From an uncultured Acidobacteriota bacterium (lineage in GTDB: Bacteria > Acidobacteriota > Blastocatellia > RBC074), in assembly GCA_963796275.1 (NCBI GenBank), contig CAWCKY010000003.1, positions 96,001-160,000 on the forward strand: a stretch of DNA of 64,000 bases, given 5' to 3'. The stretch's first letter is position 1. Each line of letters begins with the position of its first letter. Of the stretch, positions 44,358 to 56,757 are shown piece by piece. The notes under the pieces were generated by a model. The model was not told the DNA's origin. It was given only the letters and a program-made list of their open reading frames with translations, and made no database searches. The position numbers and the translations under genes were made by a program.

Positions 44358-45215
44358 TTATGTGTCGGATTTCCGGATGATGATCGAGTAAATCCGATCA
44401 AGTTCTCCGAGCGAGCTGAACTCGATCTCGATCTTGCCTCCATTTTGACTGAGCTGAATTTTGACTTGAGCCCCAAGATATCTCTTGAGCTTCAACTCAG
44501 CCGCGCGGATGTTAGCATCATTCCGCAACGCTGTCGAGTTCTCCCTAATCTTCGAGCCCGAAGCCGCCTTCTTCACCGCGCGCTCGGTATCTCGTACCGA
44601 TAGATTTCCGCTGACGATGTCGTTCGCCATTTTCAACTGAAGCTGCTCCGTCTCCAGGGCGAGCAGAGCACGGGCGTGCCCCGCCGTGAGCGATCCTTCC
44701 TCCAACATCTTCTGTATCGTTATCGGGAGTTTCAATAACCTCAAGTGGTTGGCGACCGATGATCGATCCTTCCCGACGCGCAGAGCCATCTCGTCCTGCG
44801 TCATGTTAAATTCCCGGATGAGACGCTGATAGGCCTGCGCCTCTTCGATCGGGTTTAACTCCTCCCGCTGAATATTTTCGATCAGCGCCAGCTCGAGCAA
44901 TCTGGAATCAGGTATGTCCCGAACCACCGCATTGATCCGCTGGATCCCCGCACGTTGAGCCGCACGCCAGCGTCGTTCGCCTGCGACGATCTGGTAATTA
45001 CCGTGCTGCATCCTGCGCAATAAGATCGGCTGGACCAGACCATTCGCCTGAATAGACTGAGCGAGCTCATCCAGCTTTTTTTCGTCGAAATTCAGGCGTG
45101 GCTGTTGAGGGTTCGGTTCGATCAGTTCAATATCAACCTCGAGCAGTTCATCACCCTGTGCCAGAGAATCTGATAACAGGGCGCTAAGCCCACGCCCGAG
45201 CGCCTTTCTTGCCAT
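44358..45215 (-). CDS. parB: Chromosome partitioning protein ParB
   Basis: RKALGRGL, NPQQPR, IVAGERRWRAA, ENIQREELNPIEEA, HTH. Confidence 0.96.
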   Translation of the reverse strand: MARKALGRGLSALLSDSLAQGDELLEVDIELIEPNPQQPRLNFDEKKLDELAQSIQANGLVQPILLRRMQHGNYQIVAGERRWRAAQRAGIQRINAVVRDIPDSRLLELALIENIQREELNPIEEAQAYQRLIREFNMTQDEMALRVGKDRSSVANHLRLLKLPITIQKMLEEGSLTAGHARALLALETEQLQLKMANDIVSGNLSVRDTERAVKKAASGSKIRENSTALRNDANIRAAELKLKRYLGAQVKIQLSQNGGKIEIEFSSLGELDRIYSIIIRKSDT

Positions 45216-45969
45216 TTTCCATTACCTCTTTCGCCAGGTTCATATAGCTCTCGGCTCCACGCGATTTGATATCGTAAAGAATGATAGGCTTGCCGTGACT
45301 GGGAGCTTCGGCCAGCCTGATGTTGCGGGGAATAACGGTGTTGAAAACCTGTGCGCCTAAAAAATCTCGCAAGTCCGCCATAACTTGATTCGAGAGGTTG
45401 AGCCGGTCGTCATACATCGTCAGGAGGAATCCCTCTACAGCAAGGCTGGGATTTAGGCTGCGCCGGATCCGCACAAGGGTATCCCATAAATCTGTTACAC
45501 CTTCTAACGCAAAGTACTCGCATTGGATGGGAACGATGATCGAATCGGCGGCGGCGAGGGCGTTCAGCGTCAACAATCCCAAACTCGGGGGACAATCGAT
45601 CAGCACATACTCGAAATGTTCGCGCGCGCTCAACAGTATATTACGAAGATAGTACTCGCGCTTCTCGACGTCTATCAACTCGACCTCAGCGCCCGCCAGA
45701 TTGCGATCGGAAGGTGCGATCTTCAGAAACTCCAGTTCGGTGCCGAGCAGTATATTGTTGATCTGTTCTTGCAGGATCATCGAGTGATAGACGCTGCGCT
45801 TGAACGAGCCTTTTTTGATGCCCACCCCGCTGGTGGCATTCGCCTGCGGATCCATGTCCACCAGGAGCGTGGTGATCTCCGCAACGGCGAAGGAGGCCGC
45901 AAGATTTATCGCAGTCGTCGTTTTACCGACCCCGCCTTTCTGATTCGAGATTGCTATGATTCTTCCCAT
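45184..45969 (-). CDS. parA: Chromosome partitioning ATPase ParA/Soj
   Basis: NQKGGVGKTTT, DMDPQAN, IDCPPSLG, QCEYFALEG; start moved to ATG 45969. Confidence 0.96.
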   Translation of the reverse strand: MGRIIAISNQKGGVGKTTTAINLAASFAVAEITTLLVDMDPQANATSGVGIKKGSFKRSVYHSMILQEQINNILLGTELEFLKIAPSDRNLAGAEVELIDVEKREYYLRNILLSAREHFEYVLIDCPPSLGLLTLNALAAADSIIVPIQCEYFALEGVTDLWDTLVRIRRSLNPSLAVEGFLLTMYDDRLNLSNQVMADLRDFLGAQVFNTVIPRNIRLAEAPSHGKPIILYDIKSRGAESYMNLAKEVMENGKKGARAWA

Positions 45970-46106
45970 CGCTTCCTGAGTGTGAGATCCGTGTAGCGAA
46001 AAAATCGAGCGACCAACATTACCACAGGTCAAAAAGGTAGTGAAGGATTTGTCAGGTGATGAGAGCAGTAATTAGGAAACAAAAAACAAAAATTGGATTC
46101 TAGGAA

Positions 46107-46122
46107 TGTTTCACGTGGAACG
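46107..46122. promoter_or_regulatory. parS site
   Basis: TGTTTCACGTGGAACG; matches the widespread parS consensus TGTTNCACGTGAAACA; upstream of parA. Confidence 0.85.
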
Positions 46123-46133
46123 ATGGCCCGGGA

Positions 46134-46583
46134 TCACCCCGCAACCAGTCGATATCGACACTTCTGTCGAATGCCCCTTTGATACATCTCTTCATTAGTT
46201 GGGATGTCTACAATCTCCACGAATTCGGCCCCGGCTAGTTCGCAAGACCGACGAGAGGCGAGGTTGTCAGGGTCACAAGTGATCCAGATAGGATTGAGGT
46301 CGTGCGCCGCGGCGAGGGACACCAGCAACCTCACACTTCTGGCAGCGAAGCGATGGCCTCGATAATCGGCCTCCACACTGTAACCGATGTGGCCCCTATA
46401 AAGGACGAGTCGGTCCGGATTGCCGATTCTCAAGTTTATGCCGCCGACGATTTGAGATGTACCCTCCAGCATCATATTAAAATGATAGGTCGGCACCCAT
46501 TCTCTTTCAGGATCGGCCATTAAATATCGATCGAGCACCAGGAGAAGTTCCCGATCCTGGAGCCTACCTGGTTCGATAAACAT
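46134..46583 (-). CDS. GNAT family N-acetyltransferase
   Basis: VGGINLR, GHIGYSV...YRGHRFA, ITCDPDNLASRR. Confidence 0.85.
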   Translation of the reverse strand: MFIEPGRLQDRELLLVLDRYLMADPEREWVPTYHFNMMLEGTSQIVGGINLRIGNPDRLVLYRGHIGYSVEADYRGHRFAARSVRLLVSLAAAHDLNPIWITCDPDNLASRRSCELAGAEFVEIVDIPTNEEMYQRGIRQKCRYRLVAG

Positions 46584-46618
46584 CTTGGTTATTCCTCCAA
46601 TTGCCCGAAGGAAAGCTT

Positions 46619-46634
46619 CGTTTCACGTGAAACG
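46619..46634. promoter_or_regulatory. parS site (perfect palindrome overlapping the rsmG stop)
   Basis: CGTTTCACGTGAAACG. Confidence 0.88.
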
Positions 46635-47264
46635 AACGAACTCAATCAGCAATCTCCGCTCAGCGCCGGCCATTAACGAAGATTCTATTTTTCCCTCTCG
46701 CCCCACGAGACTGCGAATCAATGCCTCGGTCTCCTGGTTGCCGAAGACCAGTAGTTGACTGCTCCTCGCCCCTATTCTGAAGACCTCTACCAGGACCTTC
46801 TCCATCCGCTCAACCGCTCGGACGGTCAGACAAGCGATCTCCGGCGCCTCTTGGAGGGATTCAATCCGGTTCCGAACTACTTCAACATTCGCCAACTGCA
46901 AATCGGAGGTCGCTTCTTCCAGGTAGATCGATTTCGCCCGGTTGGATTCGACGAGTTTCACCTGAAGGTCGGGTCGGAAGATTGCCACGGGAATGCCGGG
47001 GACACCCAGCCCCGATCCCAGATCCCAGACTTCTCTGATCGAACCCAGGATCTTTTCGGCGGCGAATTCCGCTTCGCAGATATGGCGTTCGACGAACTCA
47101 CCCGGGCGAGTGAGGGTGGTCAGGTGAAGCCGTGCATTCCACTTGATGACAAGTTCGAAGTAGCGAGTGAGGCGTGCCGTCTCATCTTCTGAGAAGAGCG
47201 TCCCGTCTCTCCTCCCGGTTTTTCTGAGGATATCCGCGAACAGTATTGTCTCTGAGTTTTTCAC
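46623..47264 (-). CDS. rsmG: 16S rRNA m7G527 methyltransferase
   Basis: WN...[21 protein letters not shown]; follows mnmG. Confidence 0.9.
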   Translation of the reverse strand: MKNSETILFADILRKTGRRDGTLFSEDETARLTRYFELVIKWNARLHLTTLTRPGEFVERHICEAEFAAEKILGSIREVWDLGSGLGVPGIPVAIFRPDLQVKLVESNRAKSIYLEEATSDLQLANVEVVRNRIESLQEAPEIACLTVRAVERMEKVLVEVFRIGARSSQLLVFGNQETEALIRSLVGREGKIESSLMAGAERRLLIEFVRFT

Positions 47265-49150
47265 TGACTCTGTTGGCGGGACATAAGCTCAACCTGGATG
47301 GTGAGCAGGGAGATGGCTGCCGCGGTTATGCCGGGGATACGCATCGCCTGGCCGAGAGTTTGCGGGCGCACGCGGTTCAGCCTCTCAACCATCTCGTGAG
47401 AGAGGCCGGGAAGCTGTGCATATTCGATATTCGAGGGGATATTTCGGTTGGCAGCCTTTACGAGGCGGGATGCCATGTTCTCCTGGGCGGCCAGATACCC
47501 CTGATATTTGAAGTCCGTCACAACCGTCGTGATTTCTTCATGACGACAGCGCTGCCGTAATTCCTGAGGCAAGAGGAGTGATATATGCTCCGCCGTTATT
47601 TCGGGACGTTTTACCAATTGGCTCAAGTTTACTGGCTCAGTTAGATTAACCCCGGTTTCGGCGGAGAATTGTCGATAACCATCGCTGCGGATCGTGATGA
47701 AAGTACTGCGCATATAGTCACGGAGTTCATTCTTGCGATGGATACTGTCACGAAAATCTCGATGGCGCCGCTCGGGAAGCATACCCAGGTTGAACGCAAG
47801 TTCGCTCAATCTTTCATCCGCGTTATCGATTCTCAGTTTGAGCCGTTGTTCGGCGCGCGAGGTGAACATACGGTAGGGTTCGTCCACTCCTTGTGTGACG
47901 AGATCATCGATCAGAATTCCTATGTACGCTTCGTCCCGTTTGATCGATATCGGATCCTGCCCGTGAACGTAACGCGCGGCATTAATCCCGGCGATGATGC
48001 CCTGGGCGCCTGCCTCTTCGTACCCGGTAGTACCGTTGATCTGACCTGCATTGAACAGGCCGCGGAGGCGTTTGGTCTCGAGCGACGGCCACAGTTCGGT
48101 CGGATCGATCATGTCGTACTCGATCGCATATCCGGGCCGGAGCATCACGGCGTCTTCAAGGCCGGGAATCTGCTTCACCAACTCGCGCTGCAGATCGGAG
48201 GGGAGGCTGGTCGAGAAACCATTGAGATATGTTTCATAAGTATGGTAGCCCTCAGGTTCGAGGAAGAGCTGGTGCCGCTCTTTTTCGGGAAATTTGACTA
48301 CCTTGTCCTCTATCGAAGGGCAATAGCGAGGTCCGACACCGACGATCTGCCCGCTGTAGAGCGGAGACCGGCTGATATTCTCGCGAATCGTCTGATGAAC
48401 CCTGGTTGAGGTATACCCGATATAGCATGAAATCTGCGGCCGAGTGATCGATCTGGTGGTAAAGGAAAACGGCGTCGGGTCTTGATCGCCCGGCTGTTCT
48501 TCAAAGCTCTTAAAATCGATCGATCTGCTGTCGAGCCTCGGCGGCGTACCGGTCTTGAGCCTGGCGATTCTGAAGCCGAGTCGGCGCAGGTTCTCGGCGA
48601 GTTTTATTGACGGAAGTTCGCCTGAGCGTCCCGCGGAGTAGCGTTTCTCGCCAATATGAATCAGCCCGTTGAGAAAAGTTCCGGTAGTGATTACAACAGA
48701 GTTTGATCGCAGCAGACGGCCATCCATCAATTCAACGCCGTCCACCTTGCCCTGATCGGTAAGAATCCGAATGACCTCGCCCTGCCGAAGGTATAGATTC
48801 GTGATACTTTCCAGTTCCCGTCTCATCTGCTGGCGATAGAGGGCGCGATCGGCCTGAGCGCGAGGGGCTTGAACTGCGGGACCGCGGCTTCGATTAAGCA
48901 TGCGGAATTGGATCCCGGTTTGATCGATGATGCGTCCCATCAATCCGCCAAGCGCATCGATCTCGCGCACCAGGTGGCCTTTCGCGATACCACCGATCGC
49001 GGGATTGCATGACATCTGTGCGATCAAATCCAGATTGAAGGTTACGATGGCAGTCCGAGCACCGAGCTGGGCGGAGGCGTTCGCGGCTTCGCATCCGGCG
49101 TGTCCCGCCCCAATCACTATCACATCGAATTCTTCGTCGTAATTAAACAT
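47261..49150 (-). CDS. mnmG: tRNA uridine-5-carboxymethylaminomethyl modification enzyme
   Basis: [42 protein letters not shown]. Confidence 0.97.
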   Translation of the reverse strand: MFNYDEEFDVIVIGAGHAGCEAANASAQLGARTAIVTFNLDLIAQMSCNPAIGGIAKGHLVREIDALGGLMGRIIDQTGIQFRMLNRSRGPAVQAPRAQADRALYRQQMRRELESITNLYLRQGEVIRILTDQGKVDGVELMDGRLLRSNSVVITTGTFLNGLIHIGEKRYSAGRSGELPSIKLAENLRRLGFRIARLKTGTPPRLDSRSIDFKSFEEQPGDQDPTPFSFTTRSITRPQISCYIGYTSTRVHQTIRENISRSPLYSGQIVGVGPRYCPSIEDKVVKFPEKERHQLFLEPEGYHTYETYLNGFSTSLPSDLQRELVKQIPGLEDAVMLRPGYAIEYDMIDPTELWPSLETKRLRGLFNAGQINGTTGYEEAGAQGIIAGINAARYVHGQDPISIKRDEAYIGILIDDLVTQGVDEPYRMFTSRAEQRLKLRIDNADERLSELAFNLGMLPERRHRDFRDSIHRKNELRDYMRSTFITIRSDGYRQFSAETGVNLTEPVNLSQLVKRPEITAEHISLLLPQELRQRCRHEEITTVVTDFKYQGYLAAQENMASRLVKAANRNIPSNIEYAQLPGLSHEMVERLNRVRPQTLGQAMRIPGITAAAISLLTIQVELMSRQQSQ

Positions 49151-49212
49151 GGTCTTCTATGTCACTCGCAACAGATCGGAGGAATGCCGCTGTTAGTAAA
49201 ATGATAGCACCA

Positions 49213-50589
49213 TCACTTTCCGATACAAAAAGTCGAAAATATCTGACTGATAATATCCGCGATGAGGGTCTCTCCCGTTATCACTCCCAGACTTCGGAGC
49301 GCGTGATGAAGGTTGGCCAGGGCCACCTCTTCGGTAAACCCGGCCGCCAGGTCCTGTTTAGCCTTTCGCAGAGCCTCGATAGTTTCCTCGAGAGCCCTGA
49401 AGTGACGCTCATTTGTGATAATTGCGCTCTCGATGTTTGTCATTTCTCCGGTAACGATCTTCCGATGAATTGTTTCCTTCAGTCGATCGATGCCTTCTGC
49501 AGTGAGAGCCGAAACACGAAGCAGCGGATGTTTCGCCGATAGCGAACTTAACTCGCCCTCAGAGATGGATATTCCCAGATCACATTTGTTAAGGACATAG
49601 ATATCGATAGGGAACTGATCGAGGAGCTCGATCTCGTCGGGATCCAAAGCCGAGTTGGCCTCAATTACAGCGATGATGAAATCGGCCTCGCTGATCGCTA
49701 TTTTGGTACGTTCGACTCCGATCTGTTCGACGAGGTCTTCCGTCTCGCGTATCCCGGCTGTGTCAACCAAGTTGACCGGTATGCCGTTGAGAGAAAAAGT
49801 TTCGTTCAGTGAGTCGCGCGTTGTCCCTGGGATATGCGTAACGATTGCGCGATCCCTACCCAGCAGCGCGTTGAAGATCGAAGATTTACCAACATTCGGC
49901 TTTCCTATCAAAGCGAGTTTGATTCCCGATCTGATTACCCGCCCGACGCCATAGGACGACGAGAGGCGCGCGAGATTTCCGATAAAGCTATCGATTTTCG
50001 ATAGGAAGAGACCAAGGTTCAGCGGATCGAGATCATCCTCGACAAACTCGACAGTCGATTCGAAATGTACGATCAGATCGATCAACTCCGTTTTGACGGG
50101 CTGCAGTTGTTTCGACAACTCTCCGCGCAATTGCCGGGCGGCAATTCGGGCTTGAAATGATGTTTGGGCGTATATGAGATCATTGATGGCTTCAGCCTGA
50201 GTTAGGTCGATGCGCTGATTAAAAAAAGCGCGCATGCTGAATTCACCGGGCTGTGACGGTTCCGCGCCAAACGATATGAGCAGCCTGACTACCTCAGTCA
50301 AAACAACAGGGCTGCCATGACAAGAGATTTCAATTACGTCTTCGCCGGTGAAGGAATGGGGTGCCTTGTAGTAAGTGATTATCGCTTCGTCAATGATTGT
50401 TCCGGTTTCAGGATTGATGATTTGATGGAATTCTGCCTGGTTCGGAATTAAAGATATCCGGCCACCTTCATTCAACAGCTTTCGAACCAACGAAAGCGAT
50501 TCGGCGCCGCTTATTCTTATGACACCGATGCCGCCATAACCCTGTGGCGTTGCAACTGCCGTAATAGTCTTGAACTCCGGAGTGCTCAT
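49213..50589 (-). CDS. mnmE: tRNA modification GTPase
   Basis: [24 protein letters not shown]-terminal FCIGK. Confidence 0.97.
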   Translation of the reverse strand: MSTPEFKTITAVATPQGYGGIGVIRISGAESLSLVRKLLNEGGRISLIPNQAEFHQIINPETGTIIDEAIITYYKAPHSFTGEDVIEISCHGSPVVLTEVVRLLISFGAEPSQPGEFSMRAFFNQRIDLTQAEAINDLIYAQTSFQARIAARQLRGELSKQLQPVKTELIDLIVHFESTVEFVEDDLDPLNLGLFLSKIDSFIGNLARLSSSYGVGRVIRSGIKLALIGKPNVGKSSIFNALLGRDRAIVTHIPGTTRDSLNETFSLNGIPVNLVDTAGIRETEDLVEQIGVERTKIAISEADFIIAVIEANSALDPDEIELLDQFPIDIYVLNKCDLGISISEGELSSLSAKHPLLRVSALTAEGIDRLKETIHRKIVTGEMTNIESAIITNERHFRALEETIEALRKAKQDLAAGFTEEVALANLHHALRSLGVITGETLIADIISQIFSTFCIGK

Positions 50590-50649
50590 AATCCATGAAA
50601 TGCCGCTGCTGAGAGAAGGAAGAAGAGGGTGAGAGGATATGGTGGGTGA

Positions 50650-51117
50650 TCAGGCAGGAAAAACCTTTACTCGCCGCATCTGTCCTTCGCCCTCGCTCTC
50701 GGTTCTTATTCCCTGAACGTCGACCAGGGCAGTATGAATTATTCGGCGATCCTGCGCGTTCATCGGATCAAAGACAAACGGCGTCTTCGTTACCTTGACC
50801 CGTTCAGATGCCTTGAGCGCCATCAATTCGAGTTCCTGCCGACGAGTTTCTCGATAACCGCTGGCATCGAAGTCGATCTGTAGCCCTGCGGCGACTGAAT
50901 CTGCGAATACTCTGCGCGCGACATACTGCAAGGCGTCGAGCAGCTCCGCATTGTGACCGAGCAGCAAAGGCAGGTCGAAACCTTCGAATGATACTTCAAT
51001 ATTAGCGGGTTCCAATTCCCTCACCACAACTTTTAGGTCGAGTGAAGATCTGTCGATCAGCTCCCTGACGAAGCTTTCAATTTTTTCTTTATATCCCTCA
51101 AAATTTCCTTGTGTCAT
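50650..51117 (-). CDS. khpB: Jag/KhpB RNA-binding protein (KH plus R3H; no Jag_N domain)
   Basis: [33 protein letters not shown]; between yidC and mnmE. Confidence 0.85.
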   Translation of the reverse strand: MTQGNFEGYKEKIESFVRELIDRSSLDLKVVVRELEPANIEVSFEGFDLPLLLGHNAELLDALQYVARRVFADSVAAGLQIDFDASGYRETRRQELELMALKASERVKVTKTPFVFDPMNAQDRRIIHTALVDVQGIRTESEGEGQMRRVKVFPA

Positions 51118-51144
51118 ATCGATATTCGATCGGGAAAGTTATTA

Positions 51145-52920
51145 TCAGTTAGCCAGCGCCTCTTTTGTCTTCTTTTTTTTCGAAGGCTTCTGGCCGGGTT
51201 TATCTATATCAGATGTGCTCGCAGTGGCCGGGGGTTTAGTCGGATTCAGGCGATTGATGATAACCTGCTGCGCCACGCCCACGAGGTTGGTCACCATCCA
51301 ATAGAGCACAAGGCCCGCAGGAGCAGATTTCAGAAACCAGGTGAAGATCAGAGGCATGATATATCCGACCTTCTTCTGTACCGGATCGGCGGTCGTCGGT
51401 GTCAATGCCTGCTGGGTAATCATCGTGACGCACATGATGATCGGGAGAATCCAGTAAGGATCAGGAGAAGAGAGGTCCGTCAGCCAACCGAAAAACGGAG
51501 CGTTCCGAACTTCTATCGAGATCGTGAGAATCGCGAAGACGGCCATAAAGAATGGCATCTGCAAGAGGAGCGGCAGACACCCCATTAGCGGATTGCCCTC
51601 CTTCATCAGGGCAATCTGTTCTTTCTGAAGATCGAGGAAACGTGGATCGTTCTTATCCAGTTTCTTCATTCTCTCTTGCAGATCTTTCATCTTCGGCTGC
51701 ATCGCCGCAGCGCGCTTCATTGTGACCGAACTCTTCCAACGCAGCGGAAAGAAGAACATGTTCAGCAGTATCGTCAGGACAACTATCGACCAACCGAAAT
51801 TGTGCGTGAATTGATTGATGTAGCGCAGCGCGTTGAGCATAAACTGCGCAATCGGTTTGACCAGAAAAGAGACGTAGTTCAGCCACCCGTAACTGACGAT
51901 ATCTTCGAGATGGCTTCCATTCTTTGACAGTCCAAAATTGACGCTCACCTGACTTAGCAAATTGAGGTCTTTCGGTCCGGCATATACGTGCTGAACCTCA
52001 GCTTGATTGAGCAAGATCGCAAACGAGACGTAATTATTATTGAGAAGACGAAACGCTGGAACAGGCCTTGAGGGAACAATCGCCATCGCAAAATAGTTGT
52101 CGTCGACAGCTCCCCAGGCGACAGGCGAATCCGTCGGAGGATCTTTCTTGTCTTTCAGGCTATCAGCTGTCTCGCGCTCGACGCTGTTACTCACAGAAGC
52201 GTAAGTCAATTGCGGAGCGTGTCGATACATGTTGATTTCCTTGGCATTCTGATCGCCAAAGTTTGGACCGATGACGATATAAGCCTCGACCGGGTTGCCA
52301 TTCCGCTTGACGCTCGCCAGGAAATCGAAATCAAATCCGGTGGAATTCTCATATCCGGCACCCTTGAAGATGAGGGTCTTATTTACCTCTACACCATTAT
52401 TAGCGTAAAAGAAGGATATCTCTTTCTTCTCACCACTATTGATTTTTTCAACTGACGAAGACTCTTTAATTTCGTAGTTCGCCGAATTCAGCTCCTTCTC
52501 GAGAGCGCGATCGGAAGGTATATAAAAACGAAAAGGTGCGCCGATCTCCTGACTCAGCTTGGCCGAGACGAGATTGACGCCCTGCGGGGGATCGATAGGC
52601 TTACCATTGGGGTAACCGGTCATCGTCCATTCCGTAATCACACCGCCCTGATTTGAGATGACAGCTGACCAGTGATCGGTCTTGAGATTGATCGTCCGAG
52701 GCGCGACATTGGTGGCCGGAGCTGCTAAAGCGCCCGTCTCCGCTGTGACTTGAGGAGCCGGCGTCGCGGTTACGGATGGTGCCGGTGTCACGACGTTCCC
52801 AACGACCCGTTCATCTTGAACAGGCTTCGGCTGCGGGGGATAAAGTTTCCCGTATATATATGACCATCCGAAAAAAATTACGGACGAAAGAATCAGAAAT
52901 AAAATCAGCCTTTTTTCCAT
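51145..52920 (-). CDS. yidC: Membrane protein insertase YidC
   Basis: Large periplasmic domain; [29 protein letters not shown]. Confidence 0.96.
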   Translation of the reverse strand: MEKRLILFLILSSVIFFGWSYIYGKLYPPQPKPVQDERVVGNVVTPAPSVTATPAPQVTAETGALAAPATNVAPRTINLKTDHWSAVISNQGGVITEWTMTGYPNGKPIDPPQGVNLVSAKLSQEIGAPFRFYIPSDRALEKELNSANYEIKESSSVEKINSGEKKEISFFYANNGVEVNKTLIFKGAGYENSTGFDFDFLASVKRNGNPVEAYIVIGPNFGDQNAKEINMYRHAPQLTYASVSNSVERETADSLKDKKDPPTDSPVAWGAVDDNYFAMAIVPSRPVPAFRLLNNNYVSFAILLNQAEVQHVYAGPKDLNLLSQVSVNFGLSKNGSHLEDIVSYGWLNYVSFLVKPIAQFMLNALRYINQFTHNFGWSIVVLTILLNMFFFPLRWKSSVTMKRAAAMQPKMKDLQERMKKLDKNDPRFLDLQKEQIALMKEGNPLMGCLPLLLQMPFFMAVFAILTISIEVRNAPFFGWLTDLSSPDPYWILPIIMCVTMITQQALTPTTADPVQKKVGYIMPLIFTWFLKSAPAGLVLYWMVTNLVGVAQQVIINRLNPTKPPATASTSDIDKPGQKPSKKKKTKEALAN

Positions 52921-52973
52921 TTATAAAATAATAACACTAAGAAACTCAGATTTCGTGACCTCATCGCATTATT

Positions 52974-53183
52974 CTAGCGCACGGGATCATATCCACCTGG
53001 GCAGAACGGGTGGCAACGTATGAGTCGTTTTATACCAAGAAATGAGCCCTTCCAGAATCCATATTTTGAAATCGCATCGACAGTATATTCGGAACACGTC
53101 GGTGTGAACCGGCAAGAACCAGGCAGCAACGGCGACAACGTGTATTTATAAATTCGCAGGATATAGATTGCCACCGTTTTCAT
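52974..53183 (-). CDS. yidD: Membrane protein insertion efficiency factor
   Basis: CRFTPTCSEY, RCHPF..GGYDPV. Confidence 0.95.
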   Translation of the reverse strand: MKTVAIYILRIYKYTLSPLLPGSCRFTPTCSEYTVDAISKYGFWKGSFLGIKRLIRCHPFCPGGYDPVR

Positions 53184-53189
53184 AACACA

Positions 53190-53555
53190 TTAAGCGATGA
53201 GTTTAAGCGATTTATGCGCTCGCCCCATAACCTGGGAAAAAGATTCCTCAATCTTTATAAATTCGGCTGTCAGCAAAGCCGATTTCGCGTTGAGGACGAG
53301 ATCATAACCGGAGTTTTCACATCCTTCTGCCTGAGCATTGGAATAGTATCTCCTGATGATCTCATTGAGTCTGCGTTTGCATCTATTGCGAACCACGGCG
53401 CCACCGACTTTCTTGGTTACCGTAATCCCACACCGGGTTTCGCCGCTCTGCGTCTTGAGAATGAATGCCGAAAAGAAAGGCGTATGAAACCTTTCACCCT
53501 CATCGTAGACCCTGCGGAATTGCTGATTATTTTGCAACTTCTTGGGCTTTAGCAT
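53190..53555 (-). CDS. rnpA: Ribonuclease P protein component
   Basis: F..VY..G, GITVTKKVGGAVVRNRCKRRL. Confidence 0.93.
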   Translation of the reverse strand: MLKPKKLQNNQQFRRVYDEGERFHTPFFSAFILKTQSGETRCGITVTKKVGGAVVRNRCKRRLNEIIRRYYSNAQAEGCENSGYDLVLNAKSALLTAEFIKIEESFSQVMGRAHKSLKLIA

Positions 53556-53570
53556 TCAAAGAAAGGACTA

Positions 53571-53714
53571 TCAGTAATGGCTCGGCGTCAGTCTCTTGCG
53601 GCCTTTGGCGCGACGGCGCTTAAGCACAAGACGACCGGACTTTGTACTCATTCTCTCGCGAAATCCATGAGTTTTTGCGCGGCGTCGATTGTTCGGTTGA
53701 AAAGTTCTCTTCAT
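53571..53714 (-). CDS. rpmH: 50S ribosomal protein L34 (below the ORF-track size cutoff)
   Basis: Manual translation [47 protein letters not shown]; GGAG RBS. Confidence 0.96.
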   Translation of the reverse strand: MKRTFQPNNRRRAKTHGFRERMSTKSGRLVLKRRRAKGRKRLTPSHY

Positions 53715-53765
53715 TTTATTTCAGCACTCCTTGCATTAGGTACACGTAGCTTTATGAAAAAATTG

Positions 53766-53795
53766 AGAATAAACAATCGTTTATAGGTATGTCAA
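53766..53795 (-). promoter_or_regulatory. sigma70-type promoter of the rpmH operon
   Basis: Minus strand TTGACA, 18-nt spacer, TATTCT; about 50 nt upstream of the rpmH ATG. Confidence 0.55.
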
Positions 53796-54102
53796 GGATG
53801 CGAATTGCATCACCGAAAATCTAAACGAAATTGTGTCCCGAAAGGGATATCCTGAAGATGAGGTTAACGATGAAAGAGGGGCAATCTGTAATGGCAGCGA
53901 TGCAAGAAATGTATCGGTATACAGGTAAAAAATTGAAGCGCCAAATCCCGGGATTCATAAACGGAGATTGAGACGCACGGTCAGGTAATCCGAAATAACC
54001 CCGCGAAAATCCTCCACATCAGTGCAAATCATCAGGTTTTTCAGATTCCCGTAATAGGCGAGAGCTTGTGTATCCGGTCATATCTGAGCGGAAGCTTATC
54101 CA

Positions 54103-54987
54103 CTAATATTTTCTCTCAACAATAAACCGAGCAATCTCCTGTAACATTCTCGTATCGCGACCGATCGTGGTTACCGAAGAGATCGCCGCGCGGCTGAGCC
54201 GGTTGGCCATCTCGCTAGCACTGTCCATCCCATAGTACGCAGCGTAAGTCGCTTTTCTTTTCGCTATGTCTTTCCCCGGGGTCTTCCCCAACTCTTCACT
54301 GGTCGCAGTCTGATCGAGGATATCATCAGCGATTTGAAACGAAAGCCCCGCCTTCTCGCCGAATGCCGTCAAAGAGTTCAATTCATTATCACTGGCGGCG
54401 CCGATAATTGCGCCGATGCGGATCGCGCAGGTTATCAAAGCACCTGTTTTGGCCCGGTGGATAGCCTCAAGTTCTTCAGCCGTCAATTTCTTACCCTCGG
54501 AATGAATATCAAGAACCTGCCCGCCAATTAAGGCGCGCGTCGTCCCGGCAGCCTTTGCGACCTCAGAAATGACGCGTAATTTATTCTCAGCTCCAACGGA
54601 TCGATAGTCGGCCAGCGTGCGGAATGCCTGAGTCAGCAGAGCATCGCCCGCCAATATCGCCATTGCCTCTCCGTAGACTACATGATTGGTTGCCCGCCCG
54701 CGTCGCATATCGTCGTCATCCATCGCGGGGAGGTCGTCGTGAACCAGAGAGTAAGTATGAATCATCTCGATCGCACAGGCGGCAGGCAATAACTGGTCTT
54801 CCGAAGCACCGAAGATTTCACCAGTTGCGATAGTCAGGATCGGGCGCAATCGTTTACCGCCGGCGAAGATGCTGTAGCGCATAGCCTGATGAATCGTCGA
54901 GGGGCTCTCCGATTCTGCCGGCAGCAATCGATCGAGCCATGTATCGACCAGCGCCGATTTTCCCTTGAAGTATTCTTTTATATTCAC
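54103..54987 (-). CDS. ispA: Farnesyl/geranylgeranyl diphosphate synthase
   Basis: [48 protein letters not shown]; follows xseB. Confidence 0.92.
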   Translation of the reverse strand: MNIKEYFKGKSALVDTWLDRLLPAESESPSTIHQAMRYSIFAGGKRLRPILTIATGEIFGASEDQLLPAACAIEMIHTYSLVHDDLPAMDDDDMRRGRATNHVVYGEAMAILAGDALLTQAFRTLADYRSVGAENKLRVISEVAKAAGTTRALIGGQVLDIHSEGKKLTAEELEAIHRAKTGALITCAIRIGAIIGAASDNELNSLTAFGEKAGLSFQIADDILDQTATSEELGKTPGKDIAKRKATYAAYYGMDSASEMANRLSRAAISSVTTIGRDTRMLQEIARFIVERKY

Positions 54988-55000
54988 TTTCGCCTAATAC

Positions 55001-55335
55001 CTAAAAGGGGATTGAGTCATTAAGCTTCTCGTCATTCTCACCATTGCCACGAGATGTTGAATTCGGCTTATCAGGACCCTGTTGAGACGCCTGATCGAGT
55101 TGCGCCGCTTCGAATGGAATAGACTTTATCTCACCGCGTTCGCGGAGCAACAATTCAACCTTGCGTTCGGCCTCCTCCAATTGAGACTGGCATTGGCGAG
55201 CGAGCACGACGCCTTCCTCGAAAAGCGCGAGAGCGCGTTCGAGCGGCAGATCCCCGATTCAAGCTGACCGACGATCTTTTCGAGAGCCGATAGAGATTCT
55301 TCAAATCCTTGTTCTCTTTCCTTCGACTTTGGCAT
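55001..55335 (-). CDS. xseB: Exodeoxyribonuclease VII small subunit (frameshift in a G run near 55253)
   Basis: FEESLSALEKIVGQLESG plus one added G gives DLPLERALALFEEGVVLARQCQSQLEEAERKV. Confidence 0.88.
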
Positions 55336-55341
55336 TTCAAC

Positions 55342-56757
55342 CTATGATTTCAGTTCACGAAGCGTGCCCTGAAAATCCTCCTTTCGTTTAACTTGACAGG
55401 ATACACTGCCGTCTTCGAACCGGAGTATCAGATCCTGCCCTTCGCTGAGGGGAGCTGCGCGCGAGACCAGGCGCCCATCTTCATCTTTAACCAACACGTA
55501 ACCACGACCGAGTACAGCGAGCGGAGAGAGCATATCCAGCTTACCTGCTGCAACAACCAACCTATGCCGCTTGCGTTCGATCAATCTATGAATGGCGCGC
55601 TCGATTCGATCATCGGCAGACTTCAGTCGTGACGCTTTGCTGACTAAGGGCGCCCGGAAATTCGTCGCATCGAGTCTTCGCTGCAACCCGTCCAATCTCG
55701 ATCGTGCGGAGCGCAGATTCCCGAGGAGCGCATTGGCTATCTGAGACTCGACTGCTCGTATTCTGGCTGAGTGCGAGAGCACCGATCTGGCAGTCTCTGC
55801 AAACCCTCGGCTCTCGATCAAATCACGCAAGCTCGCCCGCCTGCGCAGGAGGTCATAAACTATCACGCGCCTGAGGGACGATTTCAATCCCTCAATTCTG
55901 GTATGGAGATCGCTCGATTCAGCGGCAACCATCTCAGCTGCTGCAGAAGGAGTCGGTGCCCGCATATCGGCTACAAAATCAGCGACGGTAAAGTCGGTCT
56001 CATGGCCGACGGCGGAAACAATCGGGATATCGGATTCGAAGATCGCACGCGCGACGTGCTCTTCGTTAAAAGCCCATAAATCTTCCGTCGACCCGCCTCC
56101 GCGGCCGACTATCAGGACATCGATCTCGTTCCCCCGATTCTTGGCGTATGTGTTGAGCAAACGAATCGCGTCGGCGATTTCGCGACCGGCGCTCGCTCCC
56201 TGAACGCGAGCCGGTGCGATGATCACATCGATGCCGCGGTTGCGCCGTTCGAGTATTTGCAGCATGTCCCGCAGCGCGGCGCCAACCGGCGAGGTGACAA
56301 TTCCGACTCTGCGTGGAAGCATCGGCAGTTTGCGCTTGCGGGAATCATCGAAGAGGCCCTCCGCCGCGAGACGTTTGACCTGTTGCTCGAATGCGAGCTG
56401 CAGAGCGCCAACGCCGACCGGCTCCATGGTCTCGACGATGATCTGATATTCACCGCGCGGCTCATAAACGCTCAATCGCCCGCGGATGCGGACTTCGAGC
56501 CCATTCTCCGGTTCAAAACGCATCAGCCGATTCCATTGCTTGAAATGCACGGCGCGGAGTTGTGATTCCGCATCTTTGAGCGAGAAATACCAGTGACCGG
56601 ATTGGTGGCGTTTATAGTTTGAAATCTCTCCCTGCACATGAAGAGTGAAAAACTCGACCTCCAGTATATCCTTAATTCGTTCATTCAATTCACTGACGGT
56701 CAGAATGTGGCGTTCAGCAAAGAGAGCTGCGAGTAATTTGGAACTAGACTCATTCAT
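55342..56757 (-). CDS. xseA: Exodeoxyribonuclease VII large subunit
   Basis: GEISN...[43 protein letters not shown]. Confidence 0.96.
   Translation of the reverse strand: MNESSSKLLAALFAERHILTVSELNERIKDILEVEFFTLHVQGEISNYKRHQSGHWYFSLKDAESQLRAVHFKQWNRLMRFEPENGLEVRIRGRLSVYEPRGEYQIIVETMEPVGVGALQLAFEQQVKRLAAEGLFDDSRKRKLPMLPRRVGIVTSPVGAALRDMLQILERRNRGIDVIIAPARVQGASAGREIADAIRLLNTYAKNRGNEIDVLIVGRGGGSTEDLWAFNEEHVARAIFESDIPIVSAVGHETDFTVADFVADMRAPTPSAAAEMVAAESSDLHTRIEGLKSSLRRVIVYDLLRRRASLRDLIESRGFAETARSVLSHSARIRAVESQIANALLGNLRSARSRLDGLQRRLDATNFRAPLVSKASRLKSADDRIERAIHRLIERKRHRLVVAAGKLDMLSPLAVLGRGYVLVKDEDGRLVSRAAPLSEGQDLILRFEDGSVSCQVKRKEDFQGTLRELKS

Noticed and set aside
53800-54102. oriC upstream of rpmH
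   Set aside because: No cluster of consensus DnaA boxes and no adjacent dnaA
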